Sequence record: SRR20825019_1004
Length of the DNA stretch: 64,000 bases
Direction: 5' to 3' (one strand)
Shown: positions 9,283 to 19,487 of the stretch, one piece after another
Numbering within the stretch: position 1 is the stretch's first letter
Layout: each line of letters starts with the position of its first letter
Notes under the pieces: generated by a model
What the model saw: the letters and a program-made list of their open reading frames with translations, nothing else
Told to the model about the DNA's origin: nothing
The model's database searches: none
Position numbers and translations under genes: made by a program

Positions 9283-10383
9283 ATGGACACTCAAGTTTCA
9301 CATGAAATTTCCATGTTTTATGGTTGGTGGGAGCTCTCTGTATGCTTGTTCGCTTTTCTTTCCTTAATGTCCATTTGGTACCATATTGGGAAAAAGCAAC
9401 ATGATTACGGTCCAGTTTGGCTAGCGCTCTCCGTGTTGTGCTGGGCGTTTTCGGGCCTAACTGAAATTGTGTTCAACAACATCCCGTCCTATTCAAATTA
9501 CAAAGACGGACTCACAAGTATCCTTTCGTTGACCAACAGTCTATTTATCTTAATGGCGCTGCCATGGTTCAAATACTTACCTGCACCTTTTACCCCGTTG
9601 ATCAAGTCAAAATTATGGCCCCTGATTATAGGCATCCCATTTGCTTTTGCCTTGATTCCCACATTGTTCAAAATGTTTTTGGTACGCGAAGCCTATATCA
9701 TCAATGAACTTGATGTGGTTTATGCGCTGTTGACCTTAATTTTTCTAGGATTTGTGCTCTGGGAATCCTTTATCAAAAGAAGGCTATTGTTATTGGGTTG
9801 GCTGGCATTAATCACAATTTTGGTCACCTTAATGGCACAGATTTATAAGCTAATGGACAACAACATCAATTTATTGTTGTTCTCGGCCATATTTAAAACC
9901 TCCTTGATCATGTTGTTTTTTGCCCTCGCACTGAGCTGGGTCAAAGAACTTACAGAAACCTTGATACCTGATCCATTCCAATTGAAAATAAAATTTATCA
10001 AAAAGAAGGCCCAAAAATCAAGTACAATGCCCAACTCCGTTTCCTTGATAGGGTTCCCTGGTGATAAAGAGCGTATTGTACAGCTCACACCTGCCCTTTA
10101 TCGTCTTTTTAAAGAATTTGCCCTGCGTAAACAGGACATGAACGATGATTGGTTGGAAATAAAACCAAAGAATTTTGATGTCTCAAAAGAATATGACATT
10201 AATGACCATAACGAGTTAAAAAGATTACTGGAAGCAATCCTTAATGGCCTTTTCGGCAAAAAGAACTGGACCAAGGACAAACACTATGAGCCCCTAAAAG
10301 TTACATTGTTCGAGATGTCGGAAAATAGGGAACGTAAAATTAGACTTCGTATTCCAAAAGAGAACATATACATTGATTTTTAA
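9283..10383 (+). CDS. Hypothetical membrane protein (~7 TM N-terminal domain plus soluble C-terminal domain)
   Basis: 366-aa ORF with about seven hydrophobic segments in the first ~220 aa and a charged C-terminal ~140 aa. Confidence 0.8.
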   Translation: MDTQVSHEISMFYGWWELSVCLFAFLSLMSIWYHIGKKQHDYGPVWLALSVLCWAFSGLTEIVFNNIPSYSNYKDGLTSILSLTNSLFILMALPWFKYLPAPFTPLIKSKLWPLIIGIPFAFALIPTLFKMFLVREAYIINELDVVYALLTLIFLGFVLWESFIKRRLLLLGWLALITILVTLMAQIYKLMDNNINLLLFSAIFKTSLIMLFFALALSWVKELTETLIPDPFQLKIKFIKKKAQKSSTMPNSVSLIGFPGDKERIVQLTPALYRLFKEFALRKQDMNDDWLEIKPKNFDVSKEYDINDHNELKRLLEAILNGLFGKKNWTKDKHYEPLKVTLFEMSENRERKIRLRIPKENIYIDF

Positions 10384-10492
10384 GAGATTACACTAGTTCT
10401 GTCTGCCTTTGCGTTACTGACATTTCCAAATCCATTCCGACAAAGCCTTTCATTATTAAACCTAAAATCGAAATTCAGACAAACTTTCGATT

Positions 10493-12109
10493 ATGGTCAA
10501 CATACTTTACAACAACACTTTAGCTGTTTTTTCACCACTATATTTTGTATCAGCATCCAATCAAGGACTGGATGAAAAGATCAATGATGCCTTTATGCCA
10601 TTTGCTGTATGGTGGGAAAATTTAATTTTGGCGGAAATTCCCCTATTCGGGCAAGGGATTCCATTGATTCTATTCATATTGATGGGAGGAGCATTGTTCT
10701 TCACTATTTATTTTGGTTTTGTCAACGTCCGTCATTTCCCTACCGCCATACAAGTGGTCAGGGGAAAATATGACGAACTCGAAAAAAAGCGACCTGATTC
10801 AAAAGCACAGGTTTATGAAGTCGATGGTGATTTGGTGGATACCATAAAAGATGAGGCGCACTTGGGGGAAGTCAACCACTTTCAGGCATTGGCCACGGCA
10901 GTTTCTGGTACGGTAGGACTGGGTAATATTGCCATGGTTGCGGTGGCTATTTCCTTTGGGGGACCCGGCGCAACATTTTGGATGATTTTTGCCGGTCTAT
11001 TGGGCATGTCCACAAAATTTGTGGAGTGCACCTTAGGAGTAAAATATAGGGATATTGACGGTAAGGGAAATGTATATGGTGGCCCCATGTATTACCTCTC
11101 CAAGGGAATTGCCCAAAAGGGATTTTCCAAACTAGGAAAATTCTTGGCCGTTCTATTTGCCATTTTGTGCGTGGGCGCATCATTTGGTGGAGGCAATGCA
11201 TTTCAGAGCAATCAAGCAGCGGCCCAGATTATAGAGAATTTTGGCCTTACCGGAGATGCAACGGGCAGTATAATTGGACTGGTTTTTGCTCTCTTGGCCG
11301 GAATCGTAATAATTGGCGGCATAAAAAGAATTGCCAAAGTTACCGAGAAAGTGGTTCCTTTTATGGCCATACTTTATGTGGGTGCCGCTATTTTCATAAT
11401 TATTTCCAAGATAGAATGGGTAGATGATGCCTTGGCATTGATCTTCAAAAATGCGTTTACACCCGAGGCCACCGTTTCCGGTGGAATTGTGGGTGTAATG
11501 ATACAAGGCTTTAGGCGAGCGGCATTTTCAAATGAGGCCGGCGCGGGATCGGCCGCCATAGCACATTCAGCGGTGAATACCGCCTACCCTGCATCCGAAG
11601 GATTGGTAGGTCTGCTCGAACCTTTTATAGATACAGTTCTTGTATGCACAATGACGGCAATTGTCATCATTCTGTTCAATATGGACGGGGTATTTGTTTA
11701 TGGAAATGTTGTGGATGGACAAGCTCTGCTATATGATGGCAGCAGATTAGGTGGGGTCAATATTACTTCAATGGCCTTTGAAAAATCCATACATGGTTCT
11801 TCATGGGTATTGATGCTGGCCGTATGCCTTTTTGCGTTCAGCACCATCCTATCTTGGTCGTATTATGGATTACAGGCTTGGAAATATCTCTTTGGAAGAA
11901 GCAGAGCAATGGATCTTTCATACAAGATCATATACTTAATGTTCACCGTTTTGGGCGCAGCCATTACTTTGGATGCCGTGATCAAATTTTCAGATGCCAT
12001 GATATTGGCTCTGGTATTTCCCAACATGTTGGGCCTTTTTATACTGTTCCCCTATGTAAAAAGCGAATTCTCCTGTTACAAAAAATTGATTTTCAGAAAA
12101 AAGAACTAG
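10493..12109 (+). CDS. Alanine/glycine:cation symporter (AGCS family)
   Basis: FQALATAVSGTVGLGNI, GGPGATFWM, GGPMYYL and FSNEAGAGSAAIAH motifs. Confidence 0.95.
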   Translation: MVNILYNNTLAVFSPLYFVSASNQGLDEKINDAFMPFAVWWENLILAEIPLFGQGIPLILFILMGGALFFTIYFGFVNVRHFPTAIQVVRGKYDELEKKRPDSKAQVYEVDGDLVDTIKDEAHLGEVNHFQALATAVSGTVGLGNIAMVAVAISFGGPGATFWMIFAGLLGMSTKFVECTLGVKYRDIDGKGNVYGGPMYYLSKGIAQKGFSKLGKFLAVLFAILCVGASFGGGNAFQSNQAAAQIIENFGLTGDATGSIIGLVFALLAGIVIIGGIKRIAKVTEKVVPFMAILYVGAAIFIIISKIEWVDDALALIFKNAFTPEATVSGGIVGVMIQGFRRAAFSNEAGAGSAAIAHSAVNTAYPASEGLVGLLEPFIDTVLVCTMTAIVIILFNMDGVFVYGNVVDGQALLYDGSRLGGVNITSMAFEKSIHGSSWVLMLAVCLFAFSTILSWSYYGLQAWKYLFGRSRAMDLSYKIIYLMFTVLGAAITLDAVIKFSDAMILALVFPNMLGLFILFPYVKSEFSCYKKLIFRKKN

Positions 12110-12225
12110 TCTTAAATTGATAAACAAAGGTTGAAATATTCACAAATCATTTCCCAAATCGTTGAAATATATAAGGAACAATCTAAATTTTATGATAAAA
12201 AACTAGGATGGCATCTTTTAAATTG

Positions 12226-12233
12226 TAAATTTG
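12226..12233 (+). promoter_or_regulatory. -7 box (TAAATTTG) of the merR-crt operon
   Basis: TAnnTTTG match 21 nt before the ATG. Confidence 0.6.
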
Positions 12234-12254
12234 TTTAACGTTTAATTCAAAAAG

Positions 12255-13157
12255 ATGAACAGTGTAAAAACTTCCTTTAGTATTCGCGATATGGAAAACC
12301 TTTCTGGTATAAAGGCCCATACCATCCGAATTTGGGAAAAGCGATATAATTTGTTCAGCCCAGAAAGAACCGACACCAATATCCGAACCTACAATCTTGA
12401 AAGTCTACAAAAATTGTTGAACGTTACGCTATTGTACAACAACGGGTACAAGATTTCCAAGATAGCCAAAATGGGCGAGGAAAAAATTCCTGTCCTGGTA
12501 AACGAGATTATTTCCGAAAAAAGCGAAAAAAGCCATGCGCTCAATTCATTGAAATTGTCAATGCTCAACTTCGATCAATCCCTTTTCCTTAGGACCTATA
12601 ATAGCCTTATGGAAGAAAAGTCCTTTACACAGATTTTTAACGAGGTTTTTATACCACTATTGAACGAACTGGGACTATTATGGCAGACCAATACCATAAG
12701 TCCTGCACATGAGCATTTTATATCCAACCTGATCAAACAAAAAATTTATATCCACACAGAGAAGCTTCAATTTGAGTCACCTACCAAAAAAGATGAGGTA
12801 TTTGTCCTGTTTTTACCTGAGAACGAGATACACGAATTGGGATTGTTGTATATCAATTATCAATTGGCATTGCAAGGCTACAAAACCATTTATTTGGGAC
12901 AGACCATGCCCATAGAAAGTTTGGAGGATTTGCTCAAATATTACAACAATATCAGGTTTGTCTCCTATTTTACCGTTGCTCCAACAAAGGATGAAATCGA
13001 TGACTATTTTGAACGGTTCCGCGAAGTGTTGAAAAAATCCCCTGGTTCCAAACTCTATGTTTTGGGACATCAAATACAAGAAATTGGAGAGCAAAAACCT
13101 CTCGGGGATTCCATCAAAATATTTAAATCTATTAACCATCTGATAGATACCTTCTAA
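12255..13157 (+). CDS. MerR family regulator with cobalamin-binding domain (CarH/LitR-like)
   Basis: MerR HTH (HTIRIWEKRY); W-x9-EH (WQTNTISPAHEH) and E-x-H-xx-G (EIHELG) B12 motifs; first gene of the crt operon. Confidence 0.9.
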   Translation: MNSVKTSFSIRDMENLSGIKAHTIRIWEKRYNLFSPERTDTNIRTYNLESLQKLLNVTLLYNNGYKISKIAKMGEEKIPVLVNEIISEKSEKSHALNSLKLSMLNFDQSLFLRTYNSLMEEKSFTQIFNEVFIPLLNELGLLWQTNTISPAHEHFISNLIKQKIYIHTEKLQFESPTKKDEVFVLFLPENEIHELGLLYINYQLALQGYKTIYLGQTMPIESLEDLLKYYNNIRFVSYFTVAPTKDEIDDYFERFREVLKKSPGSKLYVLGHQIQEIGEQKPLGDSIKIFKSINHLIDTF

Positions 13158-13163
13158 ACACAA

Positions 13164-14624
13164 ATGAAAAAAGTAATTGTCATTGGATCCGGTTTTTCTT
13201 CCCTATCCGCTTCTTGCTATCTGGCAAAAGCTGGGTTCGAGGTAGAACTATTCGAAAAGAACGATACTGTGGGCGGTAGGGCCAGACAATTGGTGAAGGA
13301 TGGCTTTACTTTTGACATTGGCCCAAGTTGGTATTGGATGCCCGATATTTTTGATAAGTTTTTCGCCGACTTCAACAAAGAAACATCCGACTATTACCAA
13401 TTGGACAAACTAAATCCAGCCTATAAAATTTTCTTTGAAGACGATACCATTACCATTGGCGATTGCATGGAAAAGATATGTACCGAGTTCGAACGTATTG
13501 AATCTGGCAGCAGCAAGCATCTCAAACAATTTATAGGTGAAGCTCAGGAAAATTATGATATCGCCATAAACAAAGTTGTTTTGAGACCGGGGCTTTCTCC
13601 ATTAGAGTTGGTGACAAAGGAAACAGTATTAAAAGTTGACCAGTTTTTTAAAACAATCAGTCAACAGGTCCGTAAAAGGTTCAAAAATCCAAAACTCATT
13701 TCAACTTTGGAGTTTCCCGTACTTTTTTTGGGTGCCAAGCCAAGTAAAACTCCTTCCTTCTATAATTTTATGAACTTCGCAGACTTTGGTTTGGGAACAT
13801 GGCATCCAAAAGGGGGCATGTACGAAATCATCAAGGCGATGAAAAGTTTGGCCGAAGAAATGGGTGTAACCATTCACACCAATAGTCCCGCATCCCATAT
13901 TTTGGTATCGGACGGTGACGTTTTGGGCATTCGAAGCAATGGAACCAATCATTTGGCAGATTATGTGGTGAGCGGTGCGGATTATCATCATTCCGAGACC
14001 TTGTTGGACAAAAAATATAGGCAATACTCCGAGGAGTATTGGGACAAAAAAACCTATGCGCCTTCCTCTTTATTGTTCTACATTGGTTTTGACAAGAAGC
14101 TGAACAACATTGAACACCATAATTTGTTCTTTGATACCGATTTTGAAAAACATGCCCAAGAAATATACGACTATCCACAATGGCCCAGCAATCCATTGTT
14201 CTATGCGAATTTCCCATCTGTGACAGATGCATCCATGGCACCAGAAGGCAATGAAACCGGATTTTTTCTGGTACCGATTGCTCCTGGACTGGAGGATACC
14301 CCACAACTCAGGGACCAATATTTTGATATTGTGATGGACCGATTTGAAAAATTGAGCCATCAATCTGTAAAAAAATCAGTAATTTTTAAGGAAAGTTTCT
14401 GTGTAAACGATTTTGTGGAACAGTACAATTCCTACAAAGGAAATGCTTACGGTTTGGCCAACACATTGAGCCAGACTGCTTTTTTAAGACCTAACCTCAA
14501 AAGTAGCAAGGTAAAAAACTTGTTCTTTACCGGTCAGTTGACCGTACCCGGCCCAGGGGTTCCACCATCCCTGATATCCGGTAAACTGGTGGCTGATTTA
14601 ATCATTAAAGAAGTTAACAAATGA
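13164..14624 (+). CDS. crtI: Phytoene desaturase
   Basis: Dinucleotide-binding VIGSG, FDIGPSWYWMP, C-terminal GQLTVPGPGVP. Confidence 0.93.
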   Translation: MKKVIVIGSGFSSLSASCYLAKAGFEVELFEKNDTVGGRARQLVKDGFTFDIGPSWYWMPDIFDKFFADFNKETSDYYQLDKLNPAYKIFFEDDTITIGDCMEKICTEFERIESGSSKHLKQFIGEAQENYDIAINKVVLRPGLSPLELVTKETVLKVDQFFKTISQQVRKRFKNPKLISTLEFPVLFLGAKPSKTPSFYNFMNFADFGLGTWHPKGGMYEIIKAMKSLAEEMGVTIHTNSPASHILVSDGDVLGIRSNGTNHLADYVVSGADYHHSETLLDKKYRQYSEEYWDKKTYAPSSLLFYIGFDKKLNNIEHHNLFFDTDFEKHAQEIYDYPQWPSNPLFYANFPSVTDASMAPEGNETGFFLVPIAPGLEDTPQLRDQYFDIVMDRFEKLSHQSVKKSVIFKESFCVNDFVEQYNSYKGNAYGLANTLSQTAFLRPNLKSSKVKNLFFTGQLTVPGPGVPPSLISGKLVADLIIKEVNK

Positions 14625-15460
14625 AAACTATTTTTGACGATGTATCTTATCATTGCAGCAAGATTGTAACCAAATCTTACAGCACCTCATTCTCTATGGC
14701 CACAAAAATGTTGGCTCCTTCCATAAGGGCTGATATTTATAACATTTACGGTTTTGTTCGTTTTGCCGATGAAATTGTAGATACCTTTCATGATTATGAC
14801 AAGGCCAAATTGTTCGACGCCTTTGAAAAGGATATGGAGCAGGCCATTGCTGACAAAATAAGTTTAAACCCTATTCTAAATTCCTTTCAGGATACCTATC
14901 ATAAATATGACATTCCACATCACTTGGTAGCTTCGTTCATGAAGAGTATGCGCATGGATCTGACCAAAAAAAATTATGAGACTTTTGATGAGTATCGCGA
15001 ATACATCTATGGCTCTGCTGATGTGGTGGGCCTAATGTGCCTTTGTGTATTCGTTAAAGGTGACAAAGAAAAGTACGAAGAGTTAAAAGAATCTGCCATG
15101 GCTTTGGGTTCAGCCTTCCAAAAAGTGAATTTTCTACGCGACCTTAAGGCAGATTACGAGGATCTGAACCGCACCTATTTCCCAAACACTAATTTATTGG
15201 AACTGGACGAGGATTCCAAAACCCGAATCGTGAACGAGATCAAGGCCGACTTTGCCCTTGGCTATTCAGGAATAGTGCAATTACCGGAACAGGCTAAATT
15301 TGGGGTATATACCGCATACTGCTATTACAAGAAATTGCTTCAAAAATTGCAGAGCACCCCACCTTTGGAAATTAAGAACACAAGAATTCGTGTGCCCAAC
15401 TACCAAAAATTTGGTCTGCTGGCGCAATCTTATGTAAATTATAAACTACAACTGGTATAA
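14621..15460 (+). CDS. crtB: Phytoene synthase
   Basis: YSTSFS, RFADEIVD and NFLRDL motifs. Confidence 0.95.
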   Translation: MKTIFDDVSYHCSKIVTKSYSTSFSMATKMLAPSIRADIYNIYGFVRFADEIVDTFHDYDKAKLFDAFEKDMEQAIADKISLNPILNSFQDTYHKYDIPHHLVASFMKSMRMDLTKKNYETFDEYREYIYGSADVVGLMCLCVFVKGDKEKYEELKESAMALGSAFQKVNFLRDLKADYEDLNRTYFPNTNLLELDEDSKTRIVNEIKADFALGYSGIVQLPEQAKFGVYTAYCYYKKLLQKLQSTPPLEIKNTRIRVPNYQKFGLLAQSYVNYKLQLV

Positions 15461-15915
15461 TGAAAGTAGCACTTTGGATATTAATTTTTTTGGCAACCTT
15501 TTGCTTTATGGAATTTATGGCATGGTTTACCCATAAATATGTGATGCATGGTTTTCTGTGGAGTTTACACAGAGACCACCATAAAAAAGACCACGATTCA
15601 TGGTTTGAGCGGAATGATGCCTTCTTTATCTTTTACGCCATCGTTAGCATGACCTTATTCTATTTGGGCAGTTATACATCCTTTTGGTATGGTTGGCCAC
15701 TGGGTTTTGGTATTTTGGCGTACGGTATAGCTTATTTTACCGTTCATGACATCTTTATACACCAACGTTTTAAAATGTTCCGAAATGCCAACAATTGGTA
15801 TGCGCGCGGTGTTCGAAGAGCCCATAAAATGCATCACAAACATTTGGGCAAAGATGACGGGGAATGCTTTGGTATGTTAGTGGTTCCCTTTAAGTATTTC
15901 AAGAAGAAGTATTAA
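15460..15915 (+). CDS. crtZ: Beta-carotene hydroxylase
   Basis: His motifs HKYVMHG, HRDHH, HDIFIH and HKMHH. Confidence 0.93.
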   Translation: MKVALWILIFLATFCFMEFMAWFTHKYVMHGFLWSLHRDHHKKDHDSWFERNDAFFIFYAIVSMTLFYLGSYTSFWYGWPLGFGILAYGIAYFTVHDIFIHQRFKMFRNANNWYARGVRRAHKMHHKHLGKDDGECFGMLVVPFKYFKKKY

Positions 15916-16478
15916 TCGGCCAGTAATTTGTCCAACATGCTTCGGGTTTTCTCCGAATTCCAATTCGCTGCGCCGGTTTTGTTCACCACAATTCCCCCCT
16001 CTTTGTCTATGATGTAGGTAACGGGGATACTTCCGCTTTCCAATTCTTTAGGTGTTGCAGATGCTTGAAAGTAAACTGGTAATCGATATTCCTTTTTCTC
16101 TAAAAAAGCAATTACCCTGTCCTTCTCATCATTGGCCACAAATACAAAAGTGACCTTATCCTTATAATCTGAATACAATTCGACAAAACCGGGAAGCTCG
16201 GCCACGCATGGTGGACACCAAGTAGCCCAAACATTTACCAAGATCACATGTCCTTTTTTAGATTGAAGATTGATTGATTCTCCTTCTAAATCAATCAAGC
16301 TCCAATGGTAATCGGCCAACGTTGCCTGCTCTTCCTCATCCACGGCACTTGGACTGATTACGGCAGCAACTACTTTATTCACAAGAACCCTCGCATGAAA
16401 ACCTAGCGGAGTAAAAAGAATAAGTAATATGGCCAATATCCATATACCATTACCGATTTGTTCCTTGGTCAGTTTCAT
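15912..16478 (-). CDS. TlpA family thiol-disulfide oxidoreductase
   Basis: N-terminal TM anchor; WATWCPPC motif. Confidence 0.92.
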   Translation of the reverse strand: MKLTKEQIGNGIWILAILLILFTPLGFHARVLVNKVVAAVISPSAVDEEEQATLADYHWSLIDLEGESINLQSKKGHVILVNVWATWCPPCVAELPGFVELYSDYKDKVTFVFVANDEKDRVIAFLEKKEYRLPVYFQASATPKELESGSIPVTYIIDKEGGIVVNKTGAANWNSEKTRSMLDKLLAD

Positions 16479-17035
16479 TCGACAATCAATTCATCCAACA
16501 CCTTGTAGACCTTTCTTGTACTCCAATCCGAAATTCCCTCTTCATGGATTACAATGTTTCCATATTTATCTATCAAATAGGATGACGGTACTTTATCCGT
16601 CTTTATCGGTATTTTTTCACCTATGATCAAGTAGGTCACCGGAAAAGTGAATCCATGTTTTTCCATAAATGCCTCAACGGGTTCCCGCTCTTCATTGGTG
16701 GTGATGTAGAAATCCATCTTGCCCTTGTATTTGTCGTACAATTCCTGAATACTTGCGAGTTCAGCTTCCGAAGGCAATCGCCATGATGCCCACAGATTGA
16801 TGAATACCACCTTGCCCTTGGATTTCTCAAAATTGAAAAAGTTCCAATCTTCATCCTTAAGTCGCCAATCATAATCGGTGATCTTTTGTTGTTCCGATTG
16901 CTCGATCATCGAAGGCGAAAAGGAAAACAATCTGTTCAACCATATCTTTCCATAGTACCCGATGGGCGTTACGAAAAAAGAGAGAACAAAAAGAATAAAT
17001 ACAACATTGAGAATGGTCTTTTTACTGATTTTCAT
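16475..17035 (-). CDS. TlpA-like thioredoxin-fold protein lacking CxxC
   Basis: Paralogous to the adjacent gene, but the active-site position reads WASWRLPS. Confidence 0.85.
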   Translation of the reverse strand: MKISKKTILNVVFILFVLSFFVTPIGYYGKIWLNRLFSFSPSMIEQSEQQKITDYDWRLKDEDWNFFNFEKSKGKVVFINLWASWRLPSEAELASIQELYDKYKGKMDFYITTNEEREPVEAFMEKHGFTFPVTYLIIGEKIPIKTDKVPSSYLIDKYGNIVIHEEGISDWSTRKVYKVLDELIVE

Positions 17036-17058
17036 GAATTGTTATTTCTCAAAAATTA

Positions 17059-17094
17059 AAAACTCCTGACATCTTTTACAACATCAGGAGTTTT
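17059..17094 (-). terminator. Terminator after aconitase
   Basis: AAAACTCCTGA...TCAGGAGTTTT inverted repeat. Confidence 0.7.
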
Positions 17095-17115
17095 CGCAGA
17101 TTATTTTAGATACAA

Positions 17116-19383
17116 TTAAGCATTCTGCTTTTTAATCAGGTTCAGGGCCGAGCCTTCGTTGAACCACTTGATCTGTGCATCGTTATAGGAATGGTTCGCT
17201 ATGATGGTATCTTTGCTTCCATCTGCGTGCACCACTTCAATGGTCAATGGCTTGTCCGGAGCAAACTCAGCGGCATCCACCATATTGAAGGTGTCGTCCT
17301 CTTGAATAAGATCATAATCGTTCTCATTGGCAAAGGTCAACGCCAACATACCTTGCTTTTTAAGGTTGGTCTCGTGTATCCTTGCGAACGATTTTACCAA
17401 TACAACTGCAACACCCAAGTGTCTTGGTTGCATAGCAGCATGCTCTCTAGATGAACCTTCACCGTAGTTATGGTCTCCGACCACTACGGTCTTGATTCCT
17501 TTTTTCTTGTATTCACGTTGAGTATCCGGCACCCCTCCGTACTCACCGGTCAATTGGCTTTTCACCAAGTTGGTTTTCTGGTTGAAGGCGTTTACCGCCC
17601 CAATCAAGGTGTTGTTGGCAATATTGTCCAAATGCCCCCTGAATCGCAACCATGGCCCTGCCATGGAAATGTGGTCCGTGGTACATTTTCCAAAGGCCTT
17701 GATCAACAACTTCATACCTTGAAGATCATTGGCGGTGATAGGTTCAAATGGTTCAAGCAGTTGCAAACGTTCTGAACCTTTTGCAACGATTACCTCTACT
17801 CCACTTCCATCCTCTACGGGGTCTTCGTATCCATTTTCTTTGACCTCAAATCCTTTTGGTGGCAATTCCCATCCTGTTGGCTCATCCAACATTACTTCTT
17901 CCCCATCCTCATTGATGAGTTTATCCGTCAATGGATTAAAGTCAAGACGACCTGCAATGGCTATTGCGGCTGTCATTTCTGGCGAAGCAACAAAGGCATG
18001 CGTATTGGGGTTACCATCGGCACGCTTTGCAAAGTTACGGTTGAAAGAGTGCACTATACTGTTCTTTGGTGCGTTCTTGGGATCTTCATAACGTCCCCAC
18101 TGACCAATACATGGTCCACAGGCATTGGTGAAGATCTTGGCATCCAATTTTTCGAATATCTCCAAAATACCGTCCCGCTCAGTAGTATATCTTACTTGTT
18201 CCGATCCTGGATTGATTCCAAATTCGGCTTTTGTCTTCAGTTTTTTGTCCAGCGCTTGTTGTGCTATGGATGATGCTCTTGACAAATCTTCATAGGAAGA
18301 GTTGGTACAAGATCCTATCAATCCCCACTCAACGGCCAACGGCCATCCGTTCTCGGTGGCTTTCTCGGTCATACTGCCGACTTCTGTGGCCAAATCCGGT
18401 GTAAATGGACCGTTCAAAAGTGGCTTTAATTCGGACAAATTGATTTCAATGACCTGGTCAAAATATTGCTCTGGGTTGGCATATACTTCGGGATCTGCGG
18501 TCAAGTGTTCTTTCACTTTATTGGCGGCATCGGCAACATCTTCTCTGTCGGTAGCCCTTAGGTAACGTTCCATGGATTCATCGTAACCAAAAGTCGATGT
18601 GGTCGCTCCAATCTCTGCACCCATGTTACAGATAGTACCTTTTCCTGTACAGGACATAGAAGTGGCTCCAGGCCCAAAATATTCTACAATGGCACCTGTT
18701 CCTCCTTTTACGGTTAGGATTTCGGCCACTTTAAGGATTACATCTTTAGGGGCGGTCCAACCAGATAGTTTTCCGGTCAATTTAACGCCGATAAGTTTTG
18801 GGAATTTTAGTTCCCAAGCCATTCCGGCCATTACATCCACTGCATCGGCACCACCAACTCCAATGGCCACCATTCCCAATCCACCAGCATTAACGGTGTG
18901 GGAATCGGTTCCTATCATCATACCACCTGGGAATGCGTAGTTTTCCAAAACTACTTGGTGAATGATACCTGCTCCAGGTTTCCAAAACCCAATACCGTAT
19001 TTATTGGATACAGACCCCAAAAAGTCAAAAACTTCCTTGCTGGTCTCATTGGCATGTTTTAAATCTGCCGCAGCACCATCTTTGGCTTGAATCAAGTGAT
19101 CACAGTGAACCGTGGTCGGCACCGCTACTTTATCCTTTCCAGCCTGCATAAATTGCAAGAGGGCCATCTGCGCCGTTGCATCTTGACAGGCGATCCTGTC
19201 CGGGGCAAAATCAACATAGTCCTTGCCTCTTACATATGCTTTTTCGGTTTTACCGTCCCACAGGTGGGAGTATAAAATCTTTTCGGAAAGTGTTAGGGGC
19301 TTGCCCACCAGTTCACGGGCTTTTTCTACGCGTTCCCCCATGGAAGCATAGACACCCTTAATCATGTCTATATCAAATGCCAT
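17116..19383 (-). CDS. acnA: Aconitate hydratase (mitochondrial-type)
   Basis: [28 protein letters not shown] and [12 protein letters not shown] motifs. Confidence 0.96.
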   Translation of the reverse strand: MAFDIDMIKGVYASMGERVEKARELVGKPLTLSEKILYSHLWDGKTEKAYVRGKDYVDFAPDRIACQDATAQMALLQFMQAGKDKVAVPTTVHCDHLIQAKDGAAADLKHANETSKEVFDFLGSVSNKYGIGFWKPGAGIIHQVVLENYAFPGGMMIGTDSHTVNAGGLGMVAIGVGGADAVDVMAGMAWELKFPKLIGVKLTGKLSGWTAPKDVILKVAEILTVKGGTGAIVEYFGPGATSMSCTGKGTICNMGAEIGATTSTFGYDESMERYLRATDREDVADAANKVKEHLTADPEVYANPEQYFDQVIEINLSELKPLLNGPFTPDLATEVGSMTEKATENGWPLAVEWGLIGSCTNSSYEDLSRASSIAQQALDKKLKTKAEFGINPGSEQVRYTTERDGILEIFEKLDAKIFTNACGPCIGQWGRYEDPKNAPKNSIVHSFNRNFAKRADGNPNTHAFVASPEMTAAIAIAGRLDFNPLTDKLINEDGEEVMLDEPTGWELPPKGFEVKENGYEDPVEDGSGVEVIVAKGSERLQLLEPFEPITANDLQGMKLLIKAFGKCTTDHISMAGPWLRFRGHLDNIANNTLIGAVNAFNQKTNLVKSQLTGEYGGVPDTQREYKKKGIKTVVVGDHNYGEGSSREHAAMQPRHLGVAVVLVKSFARIHETNLKKQGMLALTFANENDYDLIQEDDTFNMVDAAEFAPDKPLTIEVVHADGSKDTIIANHSYNDAQIKWFNEGSALNLIKKQNA

Positions 19384-19487
19384 TATACAATTGAGTTTTT
19401 AAGATTTTTGTAATTCGGTAAATTTACTAAAACAAGAAGTAATTTGGAATTAGAATCGCACTAAATAAGTGTTGCCCTTCTTATTTT

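Noticed and set aside
9068-9301. 77-aa minus-strand ORF
   Set aside because: Overlaps the tRNA and its terminator; spurious.
9041-12109. tRNA-Leu as an integration site for a genomic island
   Set aside because: No integrase, and I saw no duplicated tRNA 3' end in the window.
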